Shown: piece after piece, positions 8,363 to 16,787 of the stretch
Numbering within the stretch: position 1 is the stretch's first letter
How the letters are laid out: each line of letters starts with the position of its first letter
Source of the DNA: an uncultured Phycisphaerales bacterium
GTDB lineage: Bacteria; Planctomycetota; Phycisphaerae; Phycisphaerales; SM1A02
Reading direction: 5' to 3'
Length of the DNA stretch: 30,574 nt
NCBI GenBank assembly: GCA_938084645.1
Contig: CALKEP010000073.1
Span: forward strand, 1 to 30,574
Made by a program: the position numbers and the translations under genes
The notes under the pieces: generated by a model
Databases searched by the model: none
Told to the model about the DNA's origin: nothing
What the model saw: only the letters and a program-made list of their open reading frames with translations

Positions 8363-10033
8363 ATGGGTATCGGCACCATCCTGGTCGAACGAGGCCTGAT
8401 CACCGAGTCGCAACTCGACGAAGCGATTCTGGAGCAGAAGCGGACCGGCGAGCGGCTCGATCACGTGCTCGTGAGGCTCGGCTGCGTGGACGCGGACATG
8501 GTGCTGGAAGCGATCGGCCGGCAGTTCGACATGGAGATCGTCGATCTCTCCGAGATCGAGGTCGACGATGCCACCCTTCGGACGCTGCCTTCCCGCCTGG
8601 TCTTCAAGCAGCTCTGCGTGCCGATCCGTCGCACCGCGACCACGCTCCACATCGCCACCTGCGATCCCTTCGAACTCAGTGCCTTCGACGAACTCCGCCT
8701 GCTCACCGGGCTGGGCGTCGAACTGGTGCTGGCCGACGAGCGCGATCTACGCAAGTTCATTCGCTCCCACTACGGCGTGGCGGGCGACACCCTCGACGCG
8801 CTCGCGACCGACGACGAGGACGGCGCCGACCTGCTTGCGGATCCTGCGAGCGGCGAACTCGACGCCGACGAGGAGGCGAGCGTCATCAAGCTCGTCAACG
8901 ATCTCCTGCTCGAGGCGATCCGGGAACGAGCGACGGACATCCACATCGAACCGTACGAGGACGAATTGACGATCCGATACCGGATCGACGGCGTGCTCAG
9001 CGAAGCGGGCGTCCCCCCGACCGTGAATCGGTTCCGGAACGCGATCGTGAGCCGCCTCAAGATCATGTCGGGCCTGAACATCGCCGAGAAGCGGAAGCCG
9101 CAGGACGGACGGATCACCCTTCGGCACAAGGGGCGGGAATTCGATCTTCGCGTCTCGATCATCCCGATGGTCAGCGGCGAGGGCGTCGTACTCCGTGTTC
9201 TGGACAACAGCGTCGCCCGCATGGGGCTCGAGGATCTCGGGATGCCCTCGGCCATTCTCGAGCGGTGGGACACCGTGATCACCCGGCCCCACGGCATCCT
9301 CCTGGTCACGGGCCCCACGGGCTCGGGCAAGTCGACGACGCTCTACGCGTCCCTGAACAGGATCGTCAGCGACGCGGTGAAGGCGATCACCGTCGAGGAT
9401 CCGGTCGAGTATCAGGTGGACGGCGTGAACCAGATCCAGGTGAACAACGCCACCGACATGACCTTCGCGGCGGGGCTCCGAGCGATTCTCCGGCACGACC
9501 CCGACATCATCATGATCGGCGAGATCCGCGACCTCGAGACCGCCGAAGCCGCGGTTCAGGCCTCCCTGACCGGCCATCTCGTCTTCTCGACCCTCCACAC
9601 CAACGACGCCGCCGGGGCGACCACCCGGCTGCTCGACATGGGAATCGAGCCGTTCCTGGTCGCTTCCAGCGTGGAGGGGATTCTGGCCCAGCGACTCATT
9701 CGCCGGGTCTGCGAACAATGTGGTCGCCGACGCGAGATGACCACCGCCGAACTTCCGGAGGGTCTCGAGCCTCCGCCGGACGGCATGGTGATGGAGGCTC
9801 TGGGCTGTCGTGAGTGCCGGCGGACCGGCTTCCGTGGCCGCGTCGGCGCGTTCGAACTGCTCCGAATGACGGACAACGTCCGCGATCTGGTGGTCAAACG
9901 GGCCGATGCGAACACGATTCGAGCCTCCGCAGCGGCGGAACGCGAGTTGAATCTGCTTCGAGACGCCGCATGGGACCTCGTTCGGCGGGGCATCACGACC
10001 CCCGCGGAGGCGATGCGGGTGATCCGCGTCTGA
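8363..10033 (+). CDS. GspE/PulE/PilB-family type II secretion / type IV pilus assembly ATPase with MshEN-like N-terminus
   Basis: ATDIHIEP, PQDGRI, Walker A GPTGSGKST, TVEDPVEY, LRHDPDIIMIGEIRD, TGHLVFSTLHTND, CEQC/CREC Zn motif. Confidence 0.93.
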   Translation: MGIGTILVERGLITESQLDEAILEQKRTGERLDHVLVRLGCVDADMVLEAIGRQFDMEIVDLSEIEVDDATLRTLPSRLVFKQLCVPIRRTATTLHIATCDPFELSAFDELRLLTGLGVELVLADERDLRKFIRSHYGVAGDTLDALATDDEDGADLLADPASGELDADEEASVIKLVNDLLLEAIRERATDIHIEPYEDELTIRYRIDGVLSEAGVPPTVNRFRNAIVSRLKIMSGLNIAEKRKPQDGRITLRHKGREFDLRVSIIPMVSGEGVVLRVLDNSVARMGLEDLGMPSAILERWDTVITRPHGILLVTGPTGSGKSTTLYASLNRIVSDAVKAITVEDPVEYQVDGVNQIQVNNATDMTFAAGLRAILRHDPDIIMIGEIRDLETAEAAVQASLTGHLVFSTLHTNDAAGATTRLLDMGIEPFLVASSVEGILAQRLIRRVCEQCGRRREMTTAELPEGLEPPPDGMVMEALGCRECRRTGFRGRVGAFELLRMTDNVRDLVVKRADANTIRASAAAERELNLLRDAAWDLVRRGITTPAEAMRVIRV

Positions 10034-10164
10034 TCGACCGTCCGCGGGAACCTCCCCATCGACGGGGTGAAAGACCGCCGACAATCCGGAAACACCATTC
10101 CGCGGTCCACCCCCCGCGATCTCGTCACTGGAACCGCTGGCCGGCTTCGGACGAACGGGACGGC

Positions 10165-10193
10165 TTGACGGCGACCCCTGGTCGGCCGACACT
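10165..10193 (+). promoter_or_regulatory. Putative sigma70-type promoter for 10318..11688
   Basis: TTGACG-17 nt-GACACT. Confidence 0.5.
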
Positions 10194-10317
10194 ACGGGAT
10201 CGAACCGCGGGCGAGCGCCCGCAACCCCGGCACCGTCGCTCGCCTGGCGGCCCGGAAAGTTGATTCGCAAGAGCGGAAATCAGGTCTTCGCGGAAGCGGA
10301 GCCATGGAGAATCCCCA

Positions 10318-11688
10318 ATGGCGCGAGGTTCTGGTGCCGGTACCGGCGTGATCGTTGCTCTGGTTGTCAGCGTGGTCTGCAACGTCGGCCTGTTGACCAT
10401 CACGTTCATGATGTACTCCGGCAAGGCGGAGGCACTCCAGAACGAAGCCGAAGCGCAGGCGGAGATGACCCAGTTCATCCGGTCCTCGGATCGAACCAGC
10501 GAGTTCGACCGCCTGATGGGCGCTGCGGAGTCCAACCAGCAGTCGCTGTACAAGTATCTCCAGGGACGTCGTGGCGAAGTCGCCCAGTTCGTCGCTGGAA
10601 ACCCCAACGCCGACGTCACCGAGATGCGAAGCAGCCTCGGCCTCGCCGAAGGCGACGTGGTCCGCAACGAGTTGGGCGACCTCCGGCGGCAGCTCGCCGC
10701 GGCGAAGGTCGACAACGACAGCCTCCAGCGACAGTTGGCGGACAGCCAGTCCGGCAGCGTCGAACTGGAGCAACGCGTCGCGCAGATCGAGAAGCTCTCC
10801 CAGGAGAAGATCGCGGAAGTCGAAGGCGAGTTCGACGGATACAAGACCGCCGCGGTCCGCTACCAGCAGGAGATCGAACAGGCGATCCAGAGCATCGAGG
10901 AGAGCCGGGTCAAGCTCGATCGCGACTACCGGAACCGCATGGCCGGCCTGCAGAGCCGGCTCGATCGTGCGAATCAGGACAACAGCGTCTTCCGCGCCCA
11001 GATCGAGGAACTTCGCAAGAAGACCGAGGCCTACCGCATCAAGCCGGCCAGCCCCGCGGAGCTCGCGGACGGCCGCATCATCGACGTCCCCGGCACCAAC
11101 GGCCAGGTCTTCATCGATCTCGGACGCAATCAGCGGATCGTTCCCGGCATGACCTTCGAGGTCTATCAGGACGCCTCGGCGATCCGCCCCGACCCCCGCA
11201 CCGGCGACTACGTCCGCGGCAAGGCGAGCATCGAGATCATCAAGGTCGGTGCCGACACCTCGACCGGACGGATCACCCGCGAACTCACCGGCCGACCGGT
11301 CGTGAAGGACGATGTGATCGCGAATGCGGTCTTCAATCCGGACTACCGCTTCAAGTTCCTGGTGCACGGGCTCTTCGACGTGAGCGGCGATGGCCGCCCG
11401 AACGAGGAGGAGACCGACTACGTTCGTCGGCGGATCATCGAGTGGGGTGGCGAGGTCGTCGAGGGTGACGAACTCACGGGCGACCTCGACTTCCTGGTCC
11501 TCGGTGCCCAGCCCCCGATGCCCGCCCCACTGCCTCCCGATGCCGGCGACGACCAGTTCCGCCGCTTCCTCAAGCAGCGTGAGTCCCGCGAGCAGTACGA
11601 CCGACTGTTCGAACAGTCGACCAAGGCCCAGATCCCGGTGCTCAACTGGAACCGCTTCGAGATGCTCACGGGAATGAACGCCAGCTGA
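10318..11688 (+). CDS. Membrane-anchored coiled-coil protein with FlgT_C-like beta domain and C-terminal BRCT-like domain (hypothetical)
   Basis: N-terminal TM (VIVALVVSVVCNVGLLTITFMMY), a long heptad-rich region, VFIDLGRNQRIVPGMTFEVY..IEIIKVGADTSTGRI, then IIEWGGEVV..DLDFLVLG..AQIPVLNWNRFEMLTG; ATG follows GGAG. Confidence 0.7.
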   Translation: MARGSGAGTGVIVALVVSVVCNVGLLTITFMMYSGKAEALQNEAEAQAEMTQFIRSSDRTSEFDRLMGAAESNQQSLYKYLQGRRGEVAQFVAGNPNADVTEMRSSLGLAEGDVVRNELGDLRRQLAAAKVDNDSLQRQLADSQSGSVELEQRVAQIEKLSQEKIAEVEGEFDGYKTAAVRYQQEIEQAIQSIEESRVKLDRDYRNRMAGLQSRLDRANQDNSVFRAQIEELRKKTEAYRIKPASPAELADGRIIDVPGTNGQVFIDLGRNQRIVPGMTFEVYQDASAIRPDPRTGDYVRGKASIEIIKVGADTSTGRITRELTGRPVVKDDVIANAVFNPDYRFKFLVHGLFDVSGDGRPNEEETDYVRRRIIEWGGEVVEGDELTGDLDFLVLGAQPPMPAPLPPDAGDDQFRRFLKQRESREQYDRLFEQSTKAQIPVLNWNRFEMLTGMNAS

Positions 11689-11718
11689 TTCCGGCCTCGA
11701 ACGTGTACGTGCCACTTC

Positions 11719-11762
11719 TCGCGGACCGGACCGATCCCACGGTCCGGTCCGCGACTCTTTTT
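11719..11762 (+). terminator. Intrinsic terminator after 10318..11688
   Basis: Perfect 15-bp stem TCGCGGACCGGACCG / CGGTCCGGTCCGCGA with 6-nt loop, followed by CTCTTTTT. Confidence 0.8.
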
Positions 11763-11781
11763 CCGAGGAGCGCCTCGAACC

Positions 11782-12834
11782 GTGCCCACGCAGGTCCGCA
11801 ACCCGCCGACCGCCCCCAAGGGAACGCTCCGTGATCTCGCGGAGTTCCTCCCTCTTCGTGCGCTCAGCGCCGCCATCCAGTGCGTGGATCCGGATCAGAA
11901 CCTCCGAACCGCCTCGACCTTCGGGAGCATCTACGGGCGACTGACCTCCACCCGGACGGCGAGAGCGAAGGCCAACATCCTCCGTTCGCTGCCGGAGACC
12001 TCCGAGTCGGAGGCGGATCGAATCGCCATCGAGTCGATCCGGTACATGTTCAAGCTCTTTCTCGTGGACAGCCTCGCGATGCCGCGGCTGATCAACCCGT
12101 GGAGCTGGCAGCGGCACGTGGAGTTCGATGCCTTCGCCTCCGGTGCGGAGTTGCTCGCCAACGACAAGCCCGCCTTGTTCATCACCGGGCACTGCGGGAA
12201 CTGGGAGCTCCTCGGCTTCACCCTCGCCGCGATGGGATTCCCGATGACCGCGCTGGCGAGGCCGCTGGACAACCCCTTTCTCGACCGGTGGCTTCTCGGC
12301 CTGCGGGAGGCCCGTGGCCTCCGAGTGCTGACGAAATGGGGGGCCACGGACCGGATGGTCTCGATGCTGGAAGGCGATGATCCGGCGGGGCGTCGCATCG
12401 GCTTCATCGCGGATCAGAACGCCGGTGACGGCGGACTGTTCGTCCCCTTCTTCGACCGACTCGCCTCCAGCTACAAGTCGATCGGGCTGCTGGCGATGCG
12501 CTACGAACTCCCCGTGGTCGCGGGTTTCGCCCGCCGAATCGGCGAGCGTTTCCAGTACCGCCTCGAGATGGTCGACTACTTCGGCCCCGAGGACTGGTGC
12601 GATCAACCCGATCCCCTCTTCTACATCACCGCACGCTTCAATCGAGCGATCGAGAAGATGGTGCGAACCGCACCCGACCAGTATCTGTGGATCCATCGTC
12701 GCTGGAAGAGCCGACCCCGCTGGGAAACGGCCGGCAAGCCGATGCCGCACTCCCTTCGGACCCGGCTCGAGGGACTGCCGTGGATGGATCAGGCGTCGCT
12801 GGACCGATTGATCGCCGATGGAGGGACCTCATGA
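11782..12834 (+). CDS. Lipid A late acyltransferase (LpxL/HtrB/LpxP family)
   Basis: TGHCGNWE, ARPLDNP, IADQNAG, FVPFF, PDQYLWIHRRWK. Confidence 0.88.
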   Translation: MPTQVRNPPTAPKGTLRDLAEFLPLRALSAAIQCVDPDQNLRTASTFGSIYGRLTSTRTARAKANILRSLPETSESEADRIAIESIRYMFKLFLVDSLAMPRLINPWSWQRHVEFDAFASGAELLANDKPALFITGHCGNWELLGFTLAAMGFPMTALARPLDNPFLDRWLLGLREARGLRVLTKWGATDRMVSMLEGDDPAGRRIGFIADQNAGDGGLFVPFFDRLASSYKSIGLLAMRYELPVVAGFARRIGERFQYRLEMVDYFGPEDWCDQPDPLFYITARFNRAIEKMVRTAPDQYLWIHRRWKSRPRWETAGKPMPHSLRTRLEGLPWMDQASLDRLIADGGTS

Positions 12835-13220
12835 ACGCGACGCCCGGTCGTTTCGCAGGTACCCGCATCCTCATCGTCGACGACGACCCGGACGTGCTCG
12901 AATCGACGAGTCTCGCCTTCGCCGCCGAGGGTGCCGAAGTCGATCTCGCGGCGGACGGGAACGAGGCGGTCGCGAGATTCGAGGAACGACGGCCCGACGG
13001 CGTGGTGCTCGACATGATGCTCCCGGCCCGTTCGGGATTTCTCGTGCTCGAGAAGATCCGTTCGCACGAGAATCCTCCTCCGGTGGTGATGGTGACCGCG
13101 AATCAGGGCCGTCGGCACCTCGCCTATGCCCGGAACCTCGGCGTGTCCGACTACCTCGTGAAACCGGTGCCGCTCCAACGACTTCTCTCCTCGATGGGCG
13201 ACCTCCTGGACCTGGGATGA
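12831..13220 (+). CDS. Single-domain response regulator receiver (CheY-like)
   Basis: ILIVDDD, VLDMMLP, VTAN, YLVKP; ATG 12831 overlaps the acyltransferase stop (ATGA). Confidence 0.9.
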   Translation: MNATPGRFAGTRILIVDDDPDVLESTSLAFAAEGAEVDLAADGNEAVARFEERRPDGVVLDMMLPARSGFLVLEKIRSHENPPPVVMVTANQGRRHLAYARNLGVSDYLVKPVPLQRLLSSMGDLLDLG

Positions 13221-13290
13221 ACTCGTTTTCCCCGGTCGGGAGCACGCCACCGCGACGTTGTACGGTATTCTCCCGATCCGAAAGGTGGCC

Positions 13291-13626
13291 ATGGCAAGGT
13301 TGACGCACTGGAGAATTCACAGTCCGAAGCCCGCGGATGCGGAGGGCCGGGCGGCGACGATGGCCTCGCGAGCCGAGCTCGTCGACATGCTTGCGCCGTT
13401 CAACATCGGTCCGGAAAACGGTTCCCCGGAAGCGGAGGTCCTGCACGGCCCCGGCGTTCGGATGCACCTTCCGTTCGAGGACCCGGTTCGACAGATCCTT
13501 GTCGAAGAGGATGACGACAGCATCGCGCCTTTCGTGCTGATGGCGCTCGCCCGGCGTTTCGACTGGAAGTTCACGGACGTCGACACGGACCGCACGCTCT
13601 ACCTCTACCGGGGCGACGACGAATGA
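13291..13626 (+). CDS. Hypothetical protein (~111 aa)
   Basis: ATG after AAAGGTGG, typical high-GC codon usage, ATGA overlap with the next gene. Confidence 0.65.
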   Translation: MARLTHWRIHSPKPADAEGRAATMASRAELVDMLAPFNIGPENGSPEAEVLHGPGVRMHLPFEDPVRQILVEEDDDSIAPFVLMALARRFDWKFTDVDTDRTLYLYRGDDE

Positions 13627-14000
13627 GCACGGAACCGATCCCGGACGTGATCGTGCAGGGGACCACCCTCCCGGGCGAGGACCCCGAGGCCGTCCGAGCG
13701 GCGATGGATCTCGCCTTCGACTACCGCGGTGACGTGACGATCGTGCTTCGCGATGGTTCGACGATCGAGGGATACGTGTTCGACCGCCGCAACGAACGCA
13801 CCATCGACGCCTCCCGCGTCAGCCTGTTCCAGGCCGGTTCGGACGCCCGGGTCGACATCGGATATCCCGAGATCGCGGAGATCCGTTTTTCGGGACGGGA
13901 TCCCGCGGCCGGCAGGACCTGGGAGAACTGGGTTCGTCGCTACGCCGAGCAGAAACTCGCCGGCGAACAGGCCGGCATCGACAGCGAACGACTGGATTGA
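13623..14000 (+). CDS. Hypothetical protein, possible Sm/LSm-like beta fold
   Basis: AFDYRGDVTIVLRDGSTIEGYVFD resembles an Sm1-type pattern; coupled to the upstream gene. Confidence 0.65.
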   Translation: MSTEPIPDVIVQGTTLPGEDPEAVRAAMDLAFDYRGDVTIVLRDGSTIEGYVFDRRNERTIDASRVSLFQAGSDARVDIGYPEIAEIRFSGRDPAAGRTWENWVRRYAEQKLAGEQAGIDSERLD

Positions 14001-14017
14001 CTGGAACTCGATCGGGT

Positions 14018-14404
14018 TCAGGGACGCCGAAGCAGCTCGTTCGCCGCCGGCGTGGTCTCGATCAGCGTCGCCGACCCGCGATTCGCATCCAGCACGTCCA
14101 GCCGGGCATCGACCGCCTCGAGCATCGCCATCGTGTCGCGTCGGTTCGCTTCGAACGCATCGCTGCCCGTGACCTCTCGAATCGGATCGATTCGAGACGT
14201 CCGCTCGAGCCGCGCCCTGATCAGATCTGCGTCCTGACGATTCGCGGACACCGCCTTGACCAACGTCGCCCGCAGCTCGAGCAGCGCTGCCTCCTCGGGG
14301 CTGACCGGGCCCGCGGCGGTTCCGGTGAGCCGGAGTCGCGGCACGGTGGGATCGGTCTCGGATCCACTGGGGGCCGAGCCGAGGCTGGATGGCACATCGC
14401 TCAT
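14018..14404 (-). CDS. Hypothetical helical protein (128 aa)
   Basis: C-terminal part of the 14018..15928 track ORF (MSDVPSSLG...NELLRRP); fills the gap between convergent genes and has a candidate promoter directly upstream. Confidence 0.6.
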   Translation of the reverse strand: MSDVPSSLGSAPSGSETDPTVPRLRLTGTAAGPVSPEEAALLELRATLVKAVSANRQDADLIRARLERTSRIDPIREVTGSDAFEANRRDTMAMLEAVDARLDVLDANRGSATLIETTPAANELLRRP

Positions 14405-14413
14405 GGGGGCGGA

Positions 14414-14472
14414 ATCATCCCCCGAACAGGATGACGTGGCAAGCAGGCCGAAACGGCCAAAACGTCCAAACT
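14414..14472 (-). promoter_or_regulatory. Putative promoter with three tandem 9-nt repeats just upstream of the -35
   Basis: Minus strand TTGCCA-17 nt-GATGAT, 9 nt before the ATG; plus strand GGCCGAAAC GGCCAAAAC GTCCAAACT at 14446-14472. Confidence 0.45.
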
Positions 14473-14577
14473 CGCGATTCACGCTTACAAGAGGCATGAA
14501 GAGCTCATCGGCAAATCTTGTTTTCTCCGATAAAGAACGCCGGTATCCAGCACCGGGCCCGGCATCGACGCGTCCGG

Positions 14578-15603
14578 TCAGGCGTCGGGCGGCGACTCCC
14601 CGGGCTGCTCCGAATCCGGATCGCGGCCGAAGCGGCCAAGCATGATCGAGGCGAACCCGCCGAGAAGGACCAGACCGACGGCCCCGGTGATCCGCCCGGC
14701 TGACGGGACGTAGGCCGCCGTCGGTCGGTACTTCAATTCCACCGCCTCGGCTTCCGCGGTCGTCGTGATCGCCTGGCCGCGAATCACGCTTCCCATTTCC
14801 GGCAGCACCGCGGCCCGAAACGGCCAGAGCCCCGCGACGGCCCCGAGCAGCAGTCCGAGCAATGCGCCGAGCGTGATCGCCCGATGTCGCTCGAGCAGCC
14901 ATCGCACGACGTTGCTGACCAGGACGATGCCGAGGAGGACACCGACCCCGATCGCCGCAAGAGGCCATGCCGCCTCGATGACGCCTGCGATTTCCCCGCT
15001 CCGAATCGCGAGCTTGAAGGCGTCGATCGCATCGAGCACCGCCACGTACTGACCGAGCACCAGCAGGAGATACCCCCCACTCACGCCGGGCAGGACCATG
15101 GCGGCCGCACCCGCGAAACCGGCGAGGAACAACCCACCAAGGCCCCCACCTCCATCGGAGGCCGCCGGCTGCGTCTCCTGCATCAAGGCCAGCGCCACCA
15201 TGCCGACGAACGACAGGATCGTCGCGAACACCGCCCGCGGCGGAATCGGTCGCAGCATCGCCCACAGGGTCGGCGCTCCGCCGAGGGTGAGCCCGATGAA
15301 GAGGCTGTAGGCGACCCATCGATGCTCGAGGACCCCGTCGCGAACCGTGCCGGCCAGCAGCCCGATCGCGAGGACCGCGGGCACACCCACGCATGCGAGC
15401 ACGAGCCACGGCCGCAGTCGGCGGGCCAGCGTCGTCGCCGCCGCCACCGACTCCACGAAGGCGGGATAGACCCCTGCGGCGAGCAGCATCGTGCCGCCGG
15501 AGATTCCGGGGACCAGGTTCGCGAGCCCCATCAGAATGCCACCGATCGCCAGCCGACCGATGAACATCGGACTCATGGAGCGTGTTTCTTGCGTCGTCGA
15601 CAC
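14578..15603 (-). CDS. DUF368-family membrane protein (undecaprenyl-phosphate translocase family)
   Basis: MGLANLVPGISGGT and the internal repeat AMVLPGVSGGYLLLVLGQY; many TM helices; start may be ATG 15576. Confidence 0.88.
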   Translation of the reverse strand: MSTTQETRSMSPMFIGRLAIGGILMGLANLVPGISGGTMLLAAGVYPAFVESVAAATTLARRLRPWLVLACVGVPAVLAIGLLAGTVRDGVLEHRWVAYSLFIGLTLGGAPTLWAMLRPIPPRAVFATILSFVGMVALALMQETQPAASDGGGGLGGLFLAGFAGAAAMVLPGVSGGYLLLVLGQYVAVLDAIDAFKLAIRSGEIAGVIEAAWPLAAIGVGVLLGIVLVSNVVRWLLERHRAITLGALLGLLLGAVAGLWPFRAAVLPEMGSVIRGQAITTTAEAEAVELKYRPTAAYVPSAGRITGAVGLVLLGGFASIMLGRFGRDPDSEQPGESPPDA

Positions 15604-15728
15604 GAACGGATCTCCCGGGGATCACTGGAGCAGGGACCGACGAAACCCGATTGATATCATCGGGACGTTCCTCGCTCATCGGCTCCACCAGCGTCGAACC
15701 TCGACCCTCATCGAAAAGGCGACACCAG

Positions 15729-16781
15729 ATGACCTCCCCACCAACTCGGATCCTCGTGACCGGCGCTGCGGGATACATCGGTTCGCACGCCTGCCTTCGA
15801 CTCGTCGAGGCCGGCCTCGACGTGGTGGGACTCGACGACCTCTCCCGCGGACATCGCGGGGCCTTCGAGGCGATCTCGTCCGCCGCCGGCGACCTGCCCG
15901 GCTCCTTCTCGGCGATCGAGGCCTCCATCGCGGATCGCGATGCCTGCGAGGCCGCGCTCGGGGATCACCGAATCGAACTGGTGATGCACTTCGCGGCCCT
16001 CGCCTACGTGGGCGAATCCGTGGACGAGCCGCTCCGGTACTACGACAACAACACCGGCGGCGCCATCTCCCTCCTGCAGTCGATGAGTCGGTCCGGGGTG
16101 AATCGCTTCATCTTCTCGAGCACCTGTGCGACCTACGGGGAACCCGCGGCGGATCGAATTCCGATCGCGGAGGACTGCCCCCAGGCGCCGATCAATCCGT
16201 ACGGTCATTCCAAGCACATGGTCGAACGCGTGCTGTTCGACCATGCGTACGCCCGTCGTGCCGCGGACCCTGCATTCGCCTTCGCCGCCCTGCGGTACTT
16301 CAACGTCGCAGGCAGTGATCCGAAAGGCCGGATCGGCGAGGATCATCGCCCCGAGACGCACCTGATTCCGATCTGCCTCGAGGTCGCCGCCGGCCGTCGC
16401 GAGGCGTTGGTGATCCACGGCGACGACTATCCGACCGACGATGGGACCTGCATTCGCGACTATGTCCACGTCTGCGATCTCATCGATGCCCACATCGCGG
16501 TGATGAACGGCCTCACGCCGGGTGATGCCCGCGCCCTGAACGTCGGCCTCGGCCACGGCTGGTCGGTGCGGGAGGTTCTGGAGTCATGCCGGAGGGTCAC
16601 CGGTCACCCGATTCCGGAACGTGCCGGCCCCCGCCGCCCCGGCGATCCGCCCCGTCTCTTCGCGGATGCGTCGCGGATCAAGCGTGATTTCGGCTGGACG
16701 CCGGAATTCACCGACCTCGATGAGACGGTCTCGACCGCCTGGGCCTGGATGAACGCGCAGCCGAACGGCTACGCCTCCTGA
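15729..16781 (+). CDS. galE: UDP-glucose 4-epimerase
   Basis: ILVTGAAGYIGSH, HFAALAYVGES, FSSTCATYG, YGHSK, LRYFNVAG, DGTCIRDYVHV. Confidence 0.93.
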   Translation: MTSPPTRILVTGAAGYIGSHACLRLVEAGLDVVGLDDLSRGHRGAFEAISSAAGDLPGSFSAIEASIADRDACEAALGDHRIELVMHFAALAYVGESVDEPLRYYDNNTGGAISLLQSMSRSGVNRFIFSSTCATYGEPAADRIPIAEDCPQAPINPYGHSKHMVERVLFDHAYARRAADPAFAFAALRYFNVAGSDPKGRIGEDHRPETHLIPICLEVAAGRREALVIHGDDYPTDDGTCIRDYVHVCDLIDAHIAVMNGLTPGDARALNVGLGHGWSVREVLESCRRVTGHPIPERAGPRRPGDPPRLFADASRIKRDFGWTPEFTDLDETVSTAWAWMNAQPNGYAS

Positions 16782-16787
16782 TCCGGC

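Noticed and set aside
10192..12750. 852-aa minus-strand ORF
   Set aside because: Antisense to two well-supported plus-strand genes; a typical high-GC artefact
14405..15928. N-terminal ~500 aa of the 636-aa track ORF 14018..15928
   Set aside because: Off-frame overlap with DUF368 and antisense to galE; only the last 128 codons look coding
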